Shown piece by piece: positions 22,812-35,588 of a stretch of DNA of 45,382 nucleotides. The stretch lies in the NCBI GenBank assembly GCA_032718475.1, contig JAUCBJ010005517.1, positions 1-45,382 on the forward strand, written 5' to 3'. Position numbers and translations under genes: made by a program. Each line of letters begins with the position of its first letter. Position 1 is the stretch's first letter. Source of the DNA: Nemertoderma westbladi (Eukaryota > Animalia > Xenacoelomorpha). The notes under the pieces were generated by a model. The model saw nothing but the letters and a program-made list of their open reading frames with translations. It searched no databases and was not told the DNA's origin.

Positions 22812-22882
22812 ATATGTAGCTGAATGGTTAGAGCGTCAGACTTCCAACCTGAAGGTCACCATTTCGATCCCACCTGGACGTC
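22812..22882 (+). pseudogene. tRNA-like pseudogene or SINE head
   Basis: TAGCTGAATGGTTAGAGCG (A box/D arm), TCAG..CTGA anticodon-like stem, degenerate B box TTTCGATCCC. No acceptor stem. Confidence 0.55.
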
Positions 22883-23199
22883 ATTGCCGACTTTGCAAAA
22901 TCTGCGCCCAATAAATGTTATAATTCTTTAATCTTTGTTCAAATGGAATTATTTTGCCACCAATAGATATTCCCACCGAGATACTGTATAATTGATTTTT
23001 TCAAGGAATCATGTCTCTACATTACTAACGGTCGAGTTACCCTGGGGAGATGTGAGAATAATCAAAACACGAAATCACGTGAAAACGCCTTAAATATTAT
23101 AAACCATATTGGGATTCCGAACTAATTCAAATTTGTAAATTGTATACCTTAATGGAGAAGTTGTTTCTTAAAGCATCTAAGTTAAGGGAAATTTTCTCT

Positions 23200-25297
23200 A
23201 CACAATTGAAAGCTTCCAAGACAGAGTTTTATAGACGCCGGACGGCCTTTTGATAAACCCTTGCGTAGTAAGAAGCGGCGATATCGATGGGAAGTTCTAA
23301 GTACTATAGAGGAACTCAACACTGGTGACCCTAATCAATTTTGGGAGCACCTAAGACGCTTGGGGCGAATAAATCGAATTAAATTCCTTCGGAAATTTTA
23401 CTAGAAGATGGTACATTTTCGATTCGAATGATCCAACTGTTGTGAATGAAAACTGGCGGCGAGATTGGGATTTTCTGTCCCCGAGACTCGCGAGTATTTT
23501 GAGCGAGTCGCAGATCAAAAAGAGGAATTGGAGTGGGTAATGTAATGAACTCTCCATACTTTGAGCCGGATAGTAGTCTACAGTAAATGTTTCATTTTCT
23601 CGGGGCAAGGTAGAATTTGCAATCAGTAAACTGAAAGTTAAAAAGGCGGTGGGGGTTGATTCTATTCCGAATGAGGTGTTACAGCATACTTCACTGTTAG
23701 ATTGTATTGTTCTCTTAGTTAACAAAATATTTCAACCAAGTATAGTTCCCACAATCTGGAAACAGGCACTTATTAAGCCTATTCCTAAAGGTGTAATGAA
23801 AGATTTAAGGTTTCCCTCAAACTATCGCAGTATTAGTTTGTTGTCTTGTTTCAGTAAACATTTTACATCTACTGTATATTAAACATTCGGCTGCTCAAAT
23901 ATTGTGAGGAAAATCATTTTTTAGCCGAAGAACAAATTGGTTTCCGTGTTGGTAGATCATGTGAAGACCATATTTTCGTTATTCATTCCATTATTAAACA
24001 TCATATCGAAAGGAAAGAATCAACTTCTGTAGCTTTTATAGATTTTTCAAAAGCTTTTGATTGATTGTGTTGACCGAAATCTGTTATTACATGTATATAG
24101 GTTGTTACTGTGTCTATAGGTATAGGTGGAAACATATACCGGTGCATTACATCTCTATTTTTGGGCACAGTATCTTAATTATAAATAATTCTAGAACGGC
24201 GTGGTGTTCTACAGTAGCTGGTGTCAGACAGGGTGACATGACAAAATGTCACCAGTTCTGTTAAATATATTTATTAACCCTTTAATTGAAGAAATTGAAT
24301 CTTCCGGTATTGGTGTTTGATTAGGAGATACTGTACTTTAGTGTCAATATTAACATGCAGAATTATGTAGCTTTATTAGCTTCCAATGAAAATGATTAGC
24401 AATTACAGTTGGATATTTTGTCAGGCTGGACTTCAAAATGGGAAATGACGGTAAATTAAACGCAATAATTTTTATTGTCCGTTTAAATCACTCAAAATCC
24501 AACGTACAGTAGTACATTTTCGGGCAGCTTATAAACCGGTCCCTAGTTATAATTTTTCGGTGTCGAACGGTGTACAGTACTGAAATTAGCCAAAGAATAT
24601 ATAAGTACTTCGGGTTTGTTTCAGGATCAACACTTAACGTATAGGCCTACTAAGGGTATAAATGTGCTGTCTGAGTCAGCAAAGCGGGCATTTGGTGCAA
24701 TTGTATCCAAGTCATATAAAGTACTGTAGGAGGCTTCCTGTTTGACACATATACTACATTGTTTCGCTCATGTGTTGCTTACATTCTATATTACTCATCT
24801 AGTGTTGGTGTATGGGGTAGCACTACCGGCAAGGAGGTAGATAAAGTCTAGATACGGATTATGCGCAGCTTTTTGGGTTGGGGCTATTCTCAACATCGTC
24901 GATGTTTAGCTCTAGGGAGCCGCTGGAACCGTATTAGATAACAAAAATTAATTTTAAGAAACGTTTTTCATTTGCTAGACCTGGGTGGAGTTTATTGTAA
25001 TAGAGAATTATGTAATATGGATTTACTTAATAAAAGGTTCAGTGAAAATTTATCAGATCTGTGGTGTGCAAAGCTCCCGGGTAAGCTAAACTGCGCGTAC
25101 ATACAGACACTTTAAATCGCAATTTGGTACTGAAAATTACGTCAAATCAAGTAAAATATAGCGTTCTGAACGGTCAGTTATTGCACTGTTTGGTGTGGGG
25201 TTTTGGCACGGGCAATTGAACTAGGTCGAACGAAATTAGGAGGAACGTCTATATGTTTATTATGTAATTCCGGAGTTATTGAAGACGAGCTTCATTG
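23200..25297 (+). mobile_element. Decayed L2/Crack/Daphne-like LINE ORF2
   Basis: Across shifting frames: KAVGVDSIPNEVL, WKQALIKPIPKG, NYRSISLLSC, EEQIGFRVGRSCEDHIF, AFIDFSKAFD, GVRQGD, and a C-terminal IELGR...CLLCNSGVIEDELH zinc-finger-like motif. Confidence 0.88.
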
Positions 25298-25555
25298 TAA
25301 CCACCACCACCAGGACTGGTATGCTGCATTGCAGCTGCATTTTTAAGAATGCTGTGCCGGCTTGTCGACAAAATTGCGCCGCCACAACTCCCTATCACCC
25401 ATGACATTTTCTAGACAATCCGCATCTTCAAGGCCAGTGTCTTTTAAGATGCGTCTCAAGAATGTAATGTGCTGTCCACCATGCTTATTCACTCCATATG
25501 AGGCTGCCAAAAGGCAAAAGATTATGTAGTGGCTGGTCCTCACGGTGAAAGCAAT
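25298..25555 (-). mobile_element. 5'-truncated RTE LINE 3' end with (TGG)n tail
   Basis: Near-identical to 16170-16390 (LRRILKDTGLE...WRRNFVDKPA.HS*). CCACCACCACCA at 25301-25312 is the short tandem-repeat tail typical of RTE. Confidence 0.88.
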
Positions 25556-26165
25556 GACGAGACAGTTAATATTTTGCGGGGATAGGCCTACATTTGTTAG
25601 AAAAATACATTCTGCGTCATCAGTCAAGGCCGCTTTCCAAAAAGAGTTTTCTTGATAAACCTGAAACTACTATAGGTCGGCGGACAATGGAAATGATTAC
25701 CACCACCATTCCCGATTCTCCAAGAGGAGAACTAAATAATTAAGATCGTTTTGTTTGCGGCGTTTCATACTCAGATATACAGCAGCACTTTTTAAGGAAA
25801 AAGTAACCATCTGAATCTGTTCATAATAATAAAATAAAAGTTTGACAACAATAATCGTTCTCGCGTTCTATTTAAACTACCAAGACTTTTTTAATCTATG
25901 TATCACGATAAAAGTAAAACCCTGCAAGTATTTCTCTAGCTCGTGGTCAATCTATCGTAACTGTTGTTTGTGCATACATAATAGCCTATACGAATCTACA
26001 GTTTTGGCAAGATTAATTTCGAGGCTTAATAAAGCAGATAACCTTGTAAATCAATACTACGCATACACACATACATACAGTACGGTACTGTGTACATACA
26101 CCAAAGCCTGCGGCTATTATAAAGTTACTAGAAACTGTTTATTCCTAAGAGTCGTATCATTGGTA

Positions 26166-26462
26166 TGGAGCGAGCCACGAAGTCCAGGTGAGCCTTAGCG
26201 AACGGGTATAGGCCTAATTAGTGGACCCGTCTGTCCTCGTCGTCGGTGGAAATGTTTGAACGCTAATAAGTCGGTCAATTTTTCATGAAATGGAACCAAA
26301 CTTACTACACATGTAGTCGATCAAATTTTTAGAAATTCCACAGAGAAACAGATTTATGTAGTTTATCTGTAAACCGCTAGGCGGCGAATGACTAGATCCA
26401 CTAATTGTACTTCTACGCAAAGGCTCATCTGGACTTAGGTGCTGCGCGAAGCCCCCGCGTTG
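26166..26462 (+). mobile_element. HINE/DINE-like family B, short copy
   Basis: GGAGCGAGCCACG start, AAATGTTTGAACGC...GAACCAAACTTA core and GTGCTGCGCGAAGCCCCCGCG end are shared with 39745-40750. Confidence 0.65.
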
Positions 26463-26652
26463 GTGTACCATATGGGCTGCGTATGCCGTGCAGTTCAATG
26501 GATTGAATCGTTTATGCATTGAATGGGTTTCCAGGATTTGTAAGTCATTGACTGTATAATACGTTGGAAACTTAAGGCTCGATAATTTAGAACAGCAGTA
26601 GAAACCGTACTCCTACAGTATGATATAAGAGTCAATAATATGGGCTCTAACA

Positions 26653-27066
26653 AAGGCGACCATTACTAACAGGCCTTACAGCCAAGAACTGCTGAAAAGT
26701 GCAGGATTAGCGCCGGACTACAATTCTGCACTGGCTGACTGGCAGACTGGTAATACTGGAATACACGTGTATTGGTGTATGCCCTGTACTTGTATATTAT
26801 TAAACTGTATCTGTATCTCTACTACTGTAGCAGAGCAGCTGCGCAACATGTCAGCTTTATATTAATTATTATAATATACGATTTAAAAATAAAAAATTAT
26901 AAACAACGATCTAAAGTAGAGTGTTGTAATTACCGAAAATAATGGTAAATATGTGATACTTGAGTTATCTACGGTGGCTGATGTGGCCAATTTCCACCCG
27001 GGTGGAAACTACAGTACTTACTATCCAGTTTTTTGGGCATCATGGCCTGTTAGTAACGGTCGCCTT
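26653..27066. mobile_element. Probable MITE with 23-bp terminal inverted repeats
   Basis: AAGGCGACCATTACTAACAGGCC (26653-26675) vs GGCCTGTTAGTAACGGTCGCCTT (27044-27066), 22/23 inverted match. No clear TSD. Confidence 0.5.
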
Positions 27067-27833
27067 GGCTCCAACCTTCTAATTGCAGAGGCAGTTAGAG
27101 GCTCTAACCTATTCTCTGGCGTAGCAGGCACTGTATTTATTAAACAGTACTGTTATTGGTCAAATAATTGGGTGAGTATAAAACAATGACCAAGGACTCA
27201 AGACCTGTACAAAACACATGTGTTAACTTTCGTGTACTGTTTTGGTTCCCCCAACACGCCTCTGAAAGGTAACCTGCTCCTTTAAATGGCAAAGGTACGC
27301 TTCTGCGACCAAACGCGACTTTACCTGCTTGTTTGTTACAGAAGGTCTTTCTTATGTACTCAACCCAATTAATTACCAGTAATTGGGTTGTTTTAATTAG
27401 GCAGTAAAATGTAAAAACAACACAATTATGCATAATGACATATACTATAGTTAATGGTTGAATGAAAAATCCGGGAGTAATAAGTTAGTTCATGAGTATT
27501 TGTCATGAATGCATTTGAATGTAATGATTATCATTTTAAGTAGTGAATATTTTGTTTGTCATAGAAATACTAAGAAACTCGTCAACACACCAACTCATTA
27601 AAATATTGTTCCCATAAAAAAACATGTATTGGAGCACTTCGTTATATTGAATTTAATTACCGTGTCCGTATACTTTATATAGTACTACAGTACAGTAGGC
27701 CTATACACATTGTTATTTAATTATACTTAATTGAATAAACAAGTTGCTTGATGCGGCAGTTTTAGAGATTCTTGGGAAAGTCAAAGGAATTTGAGTGGTA
27801 CAGGTACTTGCAACACTAGCACCAGCCACACCA

Positions 27834-29340
27834 GGTTATGGTGCGTTAGGTCCTGGCGCTTTAGGTCATGTTAGCTTTAGGTCCGTAGCATTAGGTCCTG
27901 GAGGGAAACTCGACGCAAAACCCACCTTGGCGAATTAATATCCCGCCTCAATGTTAAATTCTCAATTTAGGGAAAGGAGCAGGTTTCAGTGGCACGTTAT
28001 TCATGTTATTTTAAACAAAACAATAAACTAAACACAATAGAACAGGTTACAGTTTTATTATTGAGAGTTATCAGCTGTTATTTGCATCGAATTTTCCCTG
28101 GAGAGGCAGAGAGGGATGCATTTTTATTGCGTCCAGTTCCCCCCCCCCCCCCCCCCCCCCCCCCCACCCCCTTGCAAACCCTTTCTACGTCGATGCTCTT
28201 TCAGCACATTTAATAAAATTTAAGAAATTCCACCAAAAATATTTTAATTTAATTTTTTCGCCAAAAAAAAAATAAAATAAATGCAATCCTATTGTTTTAT
28301 AGGCATACCAAATTTAAGATTATAATTGCAATTTTGTCCCGATTGAGTGCTAAAAATGTCATTACAAAAAAGTATGTCAGCGAAAGTGGGAATTGAACTC
28401 GGTACTTCACTCGGTACTACTACTGTACAGTACTAATAATATATATGCGAATAATATGCTAATAATATGCAATAAGGCAAACCACAGTTGCAAACCACAT
28501 ATCCAATATTGGTTTATGTATAGTTATTAGTTCAGTAGTTAAGCTGTTAAGCGGCTCTCTACAGTACTACCAGTCTACAGTAAGTTCTATTTTCAACTGA
28601 GTTGAAATTTCAACTTTATTTTTTATAATTCAACTTTTTATTAAAATTCAACTTTTGGAGAAGAGTTTAAAATTCAACTTTTTTTTCAAATTCAACGTTT
28701 GGAGTAGCTTTGGAAATACTGAAATATGGAATTGGAATCCATTACTGGCAACTGGTATTCGAATGTATAATACAGTAATTATGACATACAACGGTAATTT
28801 AATACATTTAATAAATTCCTGTAGTATTTCAGCTAATTTGCAAATGTAATCACTTAAAATGTTTTTAAAAAAAGTGTTCCCGACGGTGAAAGTTTTTATT
28901 CCATCCAATAATCTATAAAGTTGGTGTGTTCACTTTTGGGTACAAATTTGATCACTATTAAAATATTAACCTGAAGTGAGCATGCTTTTTCCAATTTATT
29001 TCCCTAATTAATATGGGCATCGCATTAGCATAGGCCCTATTGAAAAGTTTTACATGTACGCCGAACACGTTCGGCGCAGCACTAGACCTTGCGCCAGGAG
29101 CTGTCGCAGAAATGTGCTACACCGGCGCAATGAGCAGGAAGGGTCGGAGCAGAGATGTGCCACGCCGGCGTAGCCGGCGGAGCACTGGTAATTATAGAGA
29201 TGCTGCGCTCGGCGCAGCAGGCGTCGTCGTCGATTACCGGCGTCGTCGCTGCAGAAAGTGACCCGGCGCCGGAGCAGGGATCAGCCCAGCACACGCACAC
29301 CCGGCGTACATATTTGCCTGGCGCAGAAATCAGCCGAACC
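27834..29340. mobile_element. Possible Mutator/foldback-type element with repeat-rich arms
   Basis: GGTT...AACC ends; left arm TTAGGTC x4; internal TTCAACTTT array (28590-28700); right arm GGCGCAG-type repeats. TAGCACCAG is present at 27817-27825 and 29341-29349. Confidence 0.35.
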
Positions 29341-29600
29341 TAGCACCAGGCAGACAGTCTGGCAGTGAGACTGAGACAGCACGACACAGCGACAGCAGGC
29401 ATGCGTTCATTAGACCAACAGCACAAGAACACAACACAATCAGTCAACAACAAGAACAACTGGCCATGCAGCCATGGAAAGCATGGAAACTCACACTGGC
29501 TGACTGCAACTGGTCATTTATTTACATATTTAACTTTATGCTATTATGAAGAAGGCAGGTTACGGAGCCCCTAAGGGGACATTAAAAATAAAACAAAATT

Positions 29601-29820
29601 CTAACACGAACTTCGTCTTACTAACACGAAGTTCGTGTTAGTAACACGAAGTTCGTGTTAGTAACACGAAGTTCGTGTTAGTAACACGAAGTTCGTGTTA
29701 GTAACACGAAGTTCGTGTTAGTAAGACGAAGTTCGTGTTAGTAAGACGAACTTCGTCTTACTAACACGAAGTTCGTGTTACTAAGACGAACTTCGTCTTA
29801 CTAACACGAAGTTCGTGTTA
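29601..29820. repeat. 11 tandem copies of a 20-bp palindromic unit (STAASACGAASTTCGTSTTA)
   Basis: Directly visible with no spacers. About 3.7 more copies at 30547-30621. Confidence 0.97.
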
Positions 29821-30024
29821 GGGAGGAGGGAAATTCAAATTACAAGGGTGGTATATTGCAATCCAATCATGTAGGTAGTACATGTACTGTATAAGGACTG
29901 TCTTATAGTTCATTATCTTACAATACTGATAGTATTGGTAATTGTGGTACCGGTTTCCTTCTCAGTTTCTTTATTAATTTTATTAGGTTCCAATAGGTCG
30001 TAGGTCATTATTTTGTCGCAAATA

Positions 30025-30387
30025 ATGGCTGTAATGGAACGCAACGAAGTCATCAAAACGTACTTCGATTTATCATATACTTACAAGGAAATTAGTTTTG
30101 TGTTGGAGAAGAATCATAATATCCTTATAGGAGTTCGCCAAATTAAACGCGTTATTAATGCTATGGGGCTTTCGCGTCGTGTATATGACGACTTAGACGA
30201 TGTTTATTCATTTATTCAACATGAATTGAATGGGTCTGGAAGACTTTTGGGCTATCGTATGATGCATGCAAAGTGTAGGCTACATGGTCTCAGGGTTTCG
30301 CAAGGAAGACGTGCGAGTGATACTCACGCATTTTATTTATTAATTCTTCTCGAATACCTCTATTCTTCATGTATTCAAACATGGTAG
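30025..30387 (+). pseudogene. N-terminal fragment of an IS3EU-type transposase (Clr5-like HTH region), no catalytic core
   Basis: IKTYFDLSYTYKEI..L...H.I.I..RQIKR....GL.RR and GSGRLLGYRMMH......GLRV match the N-terminus of this family. Similarity is lost after ~30320. Confidence 0.75.
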
Positions 30388-30879
30388 GGTTTGCCGTACC
30401 GGTACCATCCATTATCGTTACTGATAAATAACAGTCCTTAGTACATTGGCCCTAGTCAGATAGTGCAGTAGACCAGTGATGCAGTAGTGGTACCTATATG
30501 ATTGAAATATAATACCATACCCTAGAAATTTGAATTTCCCTCCTCCCTAACACGAAGTTCGTGTTAGTAAGACGAAGTTCGTGTTAGTAAGACGAAGTTC
30601 GTGTTAGTAAGACGAAGTTCGCTATCAGCTGATTAGTCATTATTGCTATTGGTCAGTCAGTTTATTTATTTACATATTGCTGTATTGTATAAGCTATATT
30701 TATATTATATTATACTGTATTACATGTATTTGGATAGAGACACCGCTGTCATAGAAGCGTATAAATAAAACTGCACATAATAAAACAGGATAAAGTTGAA
30801 CAATGAATAAAACAAAACGACTTATACTATGGCACTATTCAGCTATTGATAATGAAACAATTTATTAATGACACACAGG

Positions 30880-31720
30880 CCTTACTGGCTGACCGGCTGA
30901 TCTAGAGGCTAGTGGAATGGTGTAACCATTGGAAATTGCAGTTCAATGACTCCAAGTGCAAGGTCATGCATCTAGGTTCTAGAAATCCCCAAGCAACTTA
31001 CACAATGAATGGACGTACACTTTTTCGGCAACCGAGGAACGTGATTTTGGAATTACATTTACACCAGACTTGTCCTTCACAACTCACTGCACAAAGACTG
31101 CAGCCCGTGCCATGCGAGTCATCCATTTAATACGAAGAACTTTCACATTATTTGGAAGCTCCGATGTTTACCCTCTGACCCTGTTATACAAATCCCTTAT
31201 TCGGCCTCTCCTTGAATACGACACAGTTGTTTGGTCGCCATATCTCCAACATGGTATATATTGATCGTCTTGAACAAGTACAACACCGTGCCACTCGCCT
31301 TGTACTATCGCTGGCGGAGTTGTCATATGAAAACCGACTACGTGCAGTCTAACTACAGACATTAATATATCGGCGTGTTCTAGCCGACCTTATAACAACA
31401 TACAAGTTTATCAACGGGATTGACAAAATTGAACGAAGTAATTTCTTCCAGTTTCTCTCCAAACTCCACCAATGCTCAACACGAGGCTCTTCCTTGGCGC
31501 TGTACAAAAGATCGAACTGTAGGACTCAAAGGAGGTGCAACAACTTTGCAGACAGCGTTGTAAACATTTGGAATCCTTTACCATAACCGGAAAGTGTTGT
31601 TAATGCACGTAATACCCTTGGTACTCCATGCTTGAACACATTCAAAAATAGACTAGACTGCGAAGTGTCCCTTAAAATTAATTGTTAGTGATACTCCTGT
31701 GCGCCAAGTGGCAGTATCGA
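30880..31720 (+). mobile_element. 5'-truncated, decayed CR1-clade LINE 3' end
   Basis: WCNHWKLQFNDSKCKVMHLG, LYKSLIRPLLEY..VVWSPY, LEQVQHRATRL, SYENRL, RRVLADLITTYK, VVNIWN.L, NTFKNRLD. Confidence 0.92.
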
Positions 31721-32901
31721 AAGCGATATCTTTCGGATATCATTTCGGATACAACAATATCTTTATTAAAATCTAGCTACAGAACCTAGTATTTTCATTT
31801 TTTCAATCCCAAAAAAAACATTTTTTTGTGTTAAATTTTCAAACAGTGTTTTTTTATGTTTAATTGTTGTCCTATTTTTTGTAGTTAATTTACTTTGCAT
31901 GTTTTATTTCAGCAGTAATATTTTACCTATGCGACATACCTACGGTACCAAATTTATGTTACGTATAAGGCTATGGTTGTATCCTATAGAGTATTGTAAA
32001 ATTGTCCCTTATTAATATGTTTGCCTTTAGTACAGAGTACACTAAGTTGTTGAAGCCCTTGAACCTAAGTATGCTTTGCCGGTTTTTAATTTAATTTTAC
32101 TGTAATTTTATTTTTTTTAGTTTAACATGCAAGAAATAATAATTATTAAGATCATATAAAGTTTAATATATTTATTCAAATATCCAAATAATTCCCCATA
32201 CTTTTATTTTGGTATCTTATTATTACTTGCTATGGAACATAAGTTTGTCGAATTCGAATACAATATCATGCAGTATTTAAATGAATACATGTCTCCTGTA
32301 GGTAACATCAACTCAAGACAGGGGAGGGGGGTGGGGTTGGGGATATGTTTCATTACATACATATTTCATTCATTACATATGTACAGTATACTATTTGCAG
32401 CTGCAGTATTATAGATAACAGAATAAACTACAGGTAACTGTACACGTACAGTGCATAGGCAGGGCATGGGGCATGGGCCTAGGCAGTAGGTTAAAATCTG
32501 TTTGCATAACGATCATCTGATCATGTTACGATCGTTTTACAGTTTTACTCATTCTACGCTGACATGGCTGCATGGCTATGCCTTGCAGCCTTGATCTGCT
32601 GATTGCCTTATGCCATTTACGCCCCGCGCCATACCAGCCATACACTACGTGTACTGTACAGTCTGACAGTGTACATATACTGATATATACAGATATACAG
32701 CACATATACGGCTGAACGGTTAGACAGAAGCCTACCTTCTGACCTTTAGTCTTTCTGTCTTTAGAACACGCAAACACAGTAGGCCTACAAGTACAGCAGT
32801 TAAACGCTTAGGCCTAGCCCCAGAGCCCTGTCTGCCTGTAGCCCTAACACCTGAACACTGTAGTAACTGTAACAACATGCCCATTTGCATTCAAATTCAA
32901 C

Positions 32902-34482
32902 ATGATATTTGTTATCTTATTATCAATGTTTGCTGGCGGTGTTCTTGTGTTGCTACTTCAAGGTTTCTTATACCTAAAGTGGATTGAATTAACCGAGAAA
33001 GATGCCAATGTGCCTCTGGAGCAGGAATTCACCCCGGTGACCATATCCCAAGAACTAATAGATTCCGTCAATGAGGACAAATCGGAGACATGCGATTGGC
33101 TGAACCTGTTAGTATCTTTCGTTTACGACGAAATGAAGGACTCCTTGAGGGTGAGACAGTGGGTGAGCAGACGTCTAGACCTGGAAATCAAACAATTCCT
33201 AACGAAGAAGGGCGCCAGCCATTTGATTGAACAGATCCTGGTTCAGCAGTTCAACGTTGGAGAGTATTTGCCTGTATTCCACGACCTCAAGGTAATTAAG
33301 GTTGGCCCACAACTGGAACGGAACTCTGTCCCCAGCGAGGTGGAGTTATCCGGGTTCGTGGTTTACACCGGGGGATTCAACGTATCACTACGAGTCGACA
33401 TGGTTCTCGGTAAGACGGCCTACTTGTACGTCAAGTTAGCCCACTTGAAGGGCCGATGTAAGCTGCGGATGTCCAGACATCCCTTCACCTACTGGTCATT
33501 CTCCTTCCTGGAGGAACCCGTCATGGACATTGATGTACAGTCCAGCTTTCAGGGAAAAGGTTTGTCCAGGATAACCTCCCTGATTGTAAACCAGTTCCGA
33601 CGGACTGTAAAACGTAAACATACGTCGCCAAACTTTAAGATCCGCTTTAAACCGTTCTTCCCTCCGGATCCTCGTCCAGTTTTGGATCCGAATCCGATGG
33701 AGCGGATCTCCGGACGACCGCTCGGCTACGGCCACTGGATCGTCTCGTTGGTCTCGTGTTCCCGCGTTCCCGTGGAGCCCTCCGACCAGCTGCTCTACTG
33801 CGCCTTCTACACCGACTCCGAGGCGGACGAGGACCAACGGGGTTCTTCGATCAAGTGGAAGTCCTTGACCGCCGCGGTTTTCCGCCCGTCGGATCGACCG
33901 CTGGGTATCGGATTCTCCACGGAGGTCGTCAACCTGAGGGGCGACCGACGCACGCGATTGGTCATCTCCTACATCTCGGACGACGGGCCGGCGGCCGGGG
34001 CCAACCTCCGGAAGGGGGACGTTGTCACCGCCATCGACGAGGTCGATGTGTGGACCCCTCGGCAAGCGGCAACCGCGATGGCGGCTTCACAGCGGAACCG
34101 CATCGTGTTCGCGTTGCTCCGCGCGCGGATGCGGGTTAAACCGAACCGGTCGGAGACCGGGGGCCGGTCGGAAGGACGGCGTATGTCGCGGTTGGCGGTC
34201 CCGGAGCCGGAGCCGGAGTCGGATGGGTCCGAGATACTCTCCGAGGATTTTATCAACATCACGGTTCAGATGCAGGACCTAGCCGAGGGGCGTGTGGAGG
34301 ACGTAGATGAGCTGTCTGAAGCTGCTGTGATGGACGTGGAGTTTCCTCGTGGAATGGGGAGGGAGGATGAGGTCCCTGTGGGAGTAGGGAGGGAAGGGGA
34401 GCATCTGGAAGGTGGTAGGAAGAGCGAAGAACTCCCTGGAGTTGATGGGAGAAACCAGAATTCACCAGGAAGTGAGCAACAG
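32902..34482 (+). CDS. PDZD8: PDZ domain-containing protein 8, exon 1 (TM anchor, SMP lipid-transfer domain, split C2 N-part, PDZ)
   Basis: N-terminal TM helix; SMP (ETCDWLN...PFTYWSFSFLEEP...KRKHTSPNFKIRFKPFF); PDZ (PLGIGF...GPAAGANLRKGDVVTAID). Donor CAG|GTATGT, phase 0, after 527 codons. Confidence 0.95.
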
Positions 34483-34729
34483 GTATGTATCTAACCTATA
34501 TAAAAAGTACCTGTATAAAAACTAACCTATACGTGTGAGTGTAACTGTCCAGTGTCCAAAAAATGATACCAGTTAAAGTGATCTTTTAAAATTCTGCTTA
34601 AATAATAATTATTGGGGCCTTTATATATAATATAACTTGTGGGATCCGCTAATATTTAAAGATATCCGAACGACAATGAATGATAATTAATTAGCTTTAC
34701 GACGCCACATTTGTTTACTAATACATACA

Positions 34730-35532
34730 GGGTACTGGTCGATTCGCCCCTCGACCTTTTCGCCCCGAGTCGATTCGCCCCACATTTTAGTGGCATATGG
34801 AACTGGGGCGAATCGACTTGGACAGTTGACTGATTCGCCCCACCTTCCAAGTCCATTCGCCCCAGATAATATTATTGAATGTTTTACGAATATTCTATTT
34901 AGGTACGATGATATTAGAAAGTGCAATATTGAAATCTTGTTACAAACATTTACCCTCGATTAGGCCTATGCGTTTTTTTAGATCTTCAATCTATTGCAAT
35001 AAATTACAGTAGAAATCTTTGTTACAAACACTTTTGAACCTCGATTACGCGTAATATTTTCTCAAGATCTTATAATGTGAAACAAATTGATATCCAAATT
35101 CCAAGCAAGCAACTCAAACAACCATAACAAATTTAAGCAAATGCAAATGTTGTTTCTGTCTACTTCCTTTTAAGCTTCAATATATTGAATCACGTGACTC
35201 ACATACAACAGTGACAACTCTCAAAGGCAACACTTGTGGCTCGACAAAGGTTCGAACGGGACCTAGAAGCATACATAATGAATTACATGTGAAACAAATT
35301 GACATGGTGAACCTCTGGTCATCATCTGGTACTTCTGCACTTTCTAATTTTCTACCTAAAAGAATATTGGTAAACATTCAATAATATTATGTGGGGCGAA
35401 TGGACTTGGAAGGTGGGGCGAATTGGTCAACTGTCCAAGTCGATTCGCCCCCAGGTCCATATGCCCCTAAAATGTGGGGCGAATCGAATCGACTTGGGAC
35501 GAAATGGTCGAGGGGCGAATCGACCCGCACCC
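34730..35532. mobile_element. Mutator-like MITE with ~150-bp TIRs in the PDZD8 intron
   Basis: 34730-34882 is the reverse complement of 35375-35532. TIRs are built from GATTCGCCCC motifs; GGGT...ACCC ends; flanks ATACATACA / ATACATGTT share 6 of a putative 9-bp TSD. Confidence 0.85.
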
Positions 35533-35588
35533 ATACATGTTCTATCCAAACAAATTGCAATGTTAACCTTAATTTTGTTTTATGATAA

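Larger units (their letters stand above)
29561..30621 (+). mobile_element. IS3EU-like DNA transposon deletion derivative, right terminus lost
   Basis: Left end TACGGAGCCCCTAAGGGGACAT. Subterminal 20-bp arrays on both sides. Inverted GGGAGGAGGGAAATTCAAATT (29821-29841) / AATTTGAATTTCCCTCCTCCC (30527-30547). Contains a transposase fragment. Confidence 0.75.

Noticed and set aside
29601-29820. CRISPR-like palindromic repeat array
   Set aside because: Units are contiguous with no spacers, there are no cas genes, the context is eukaryotic, and the array is explained as transposon subterminal repeats.
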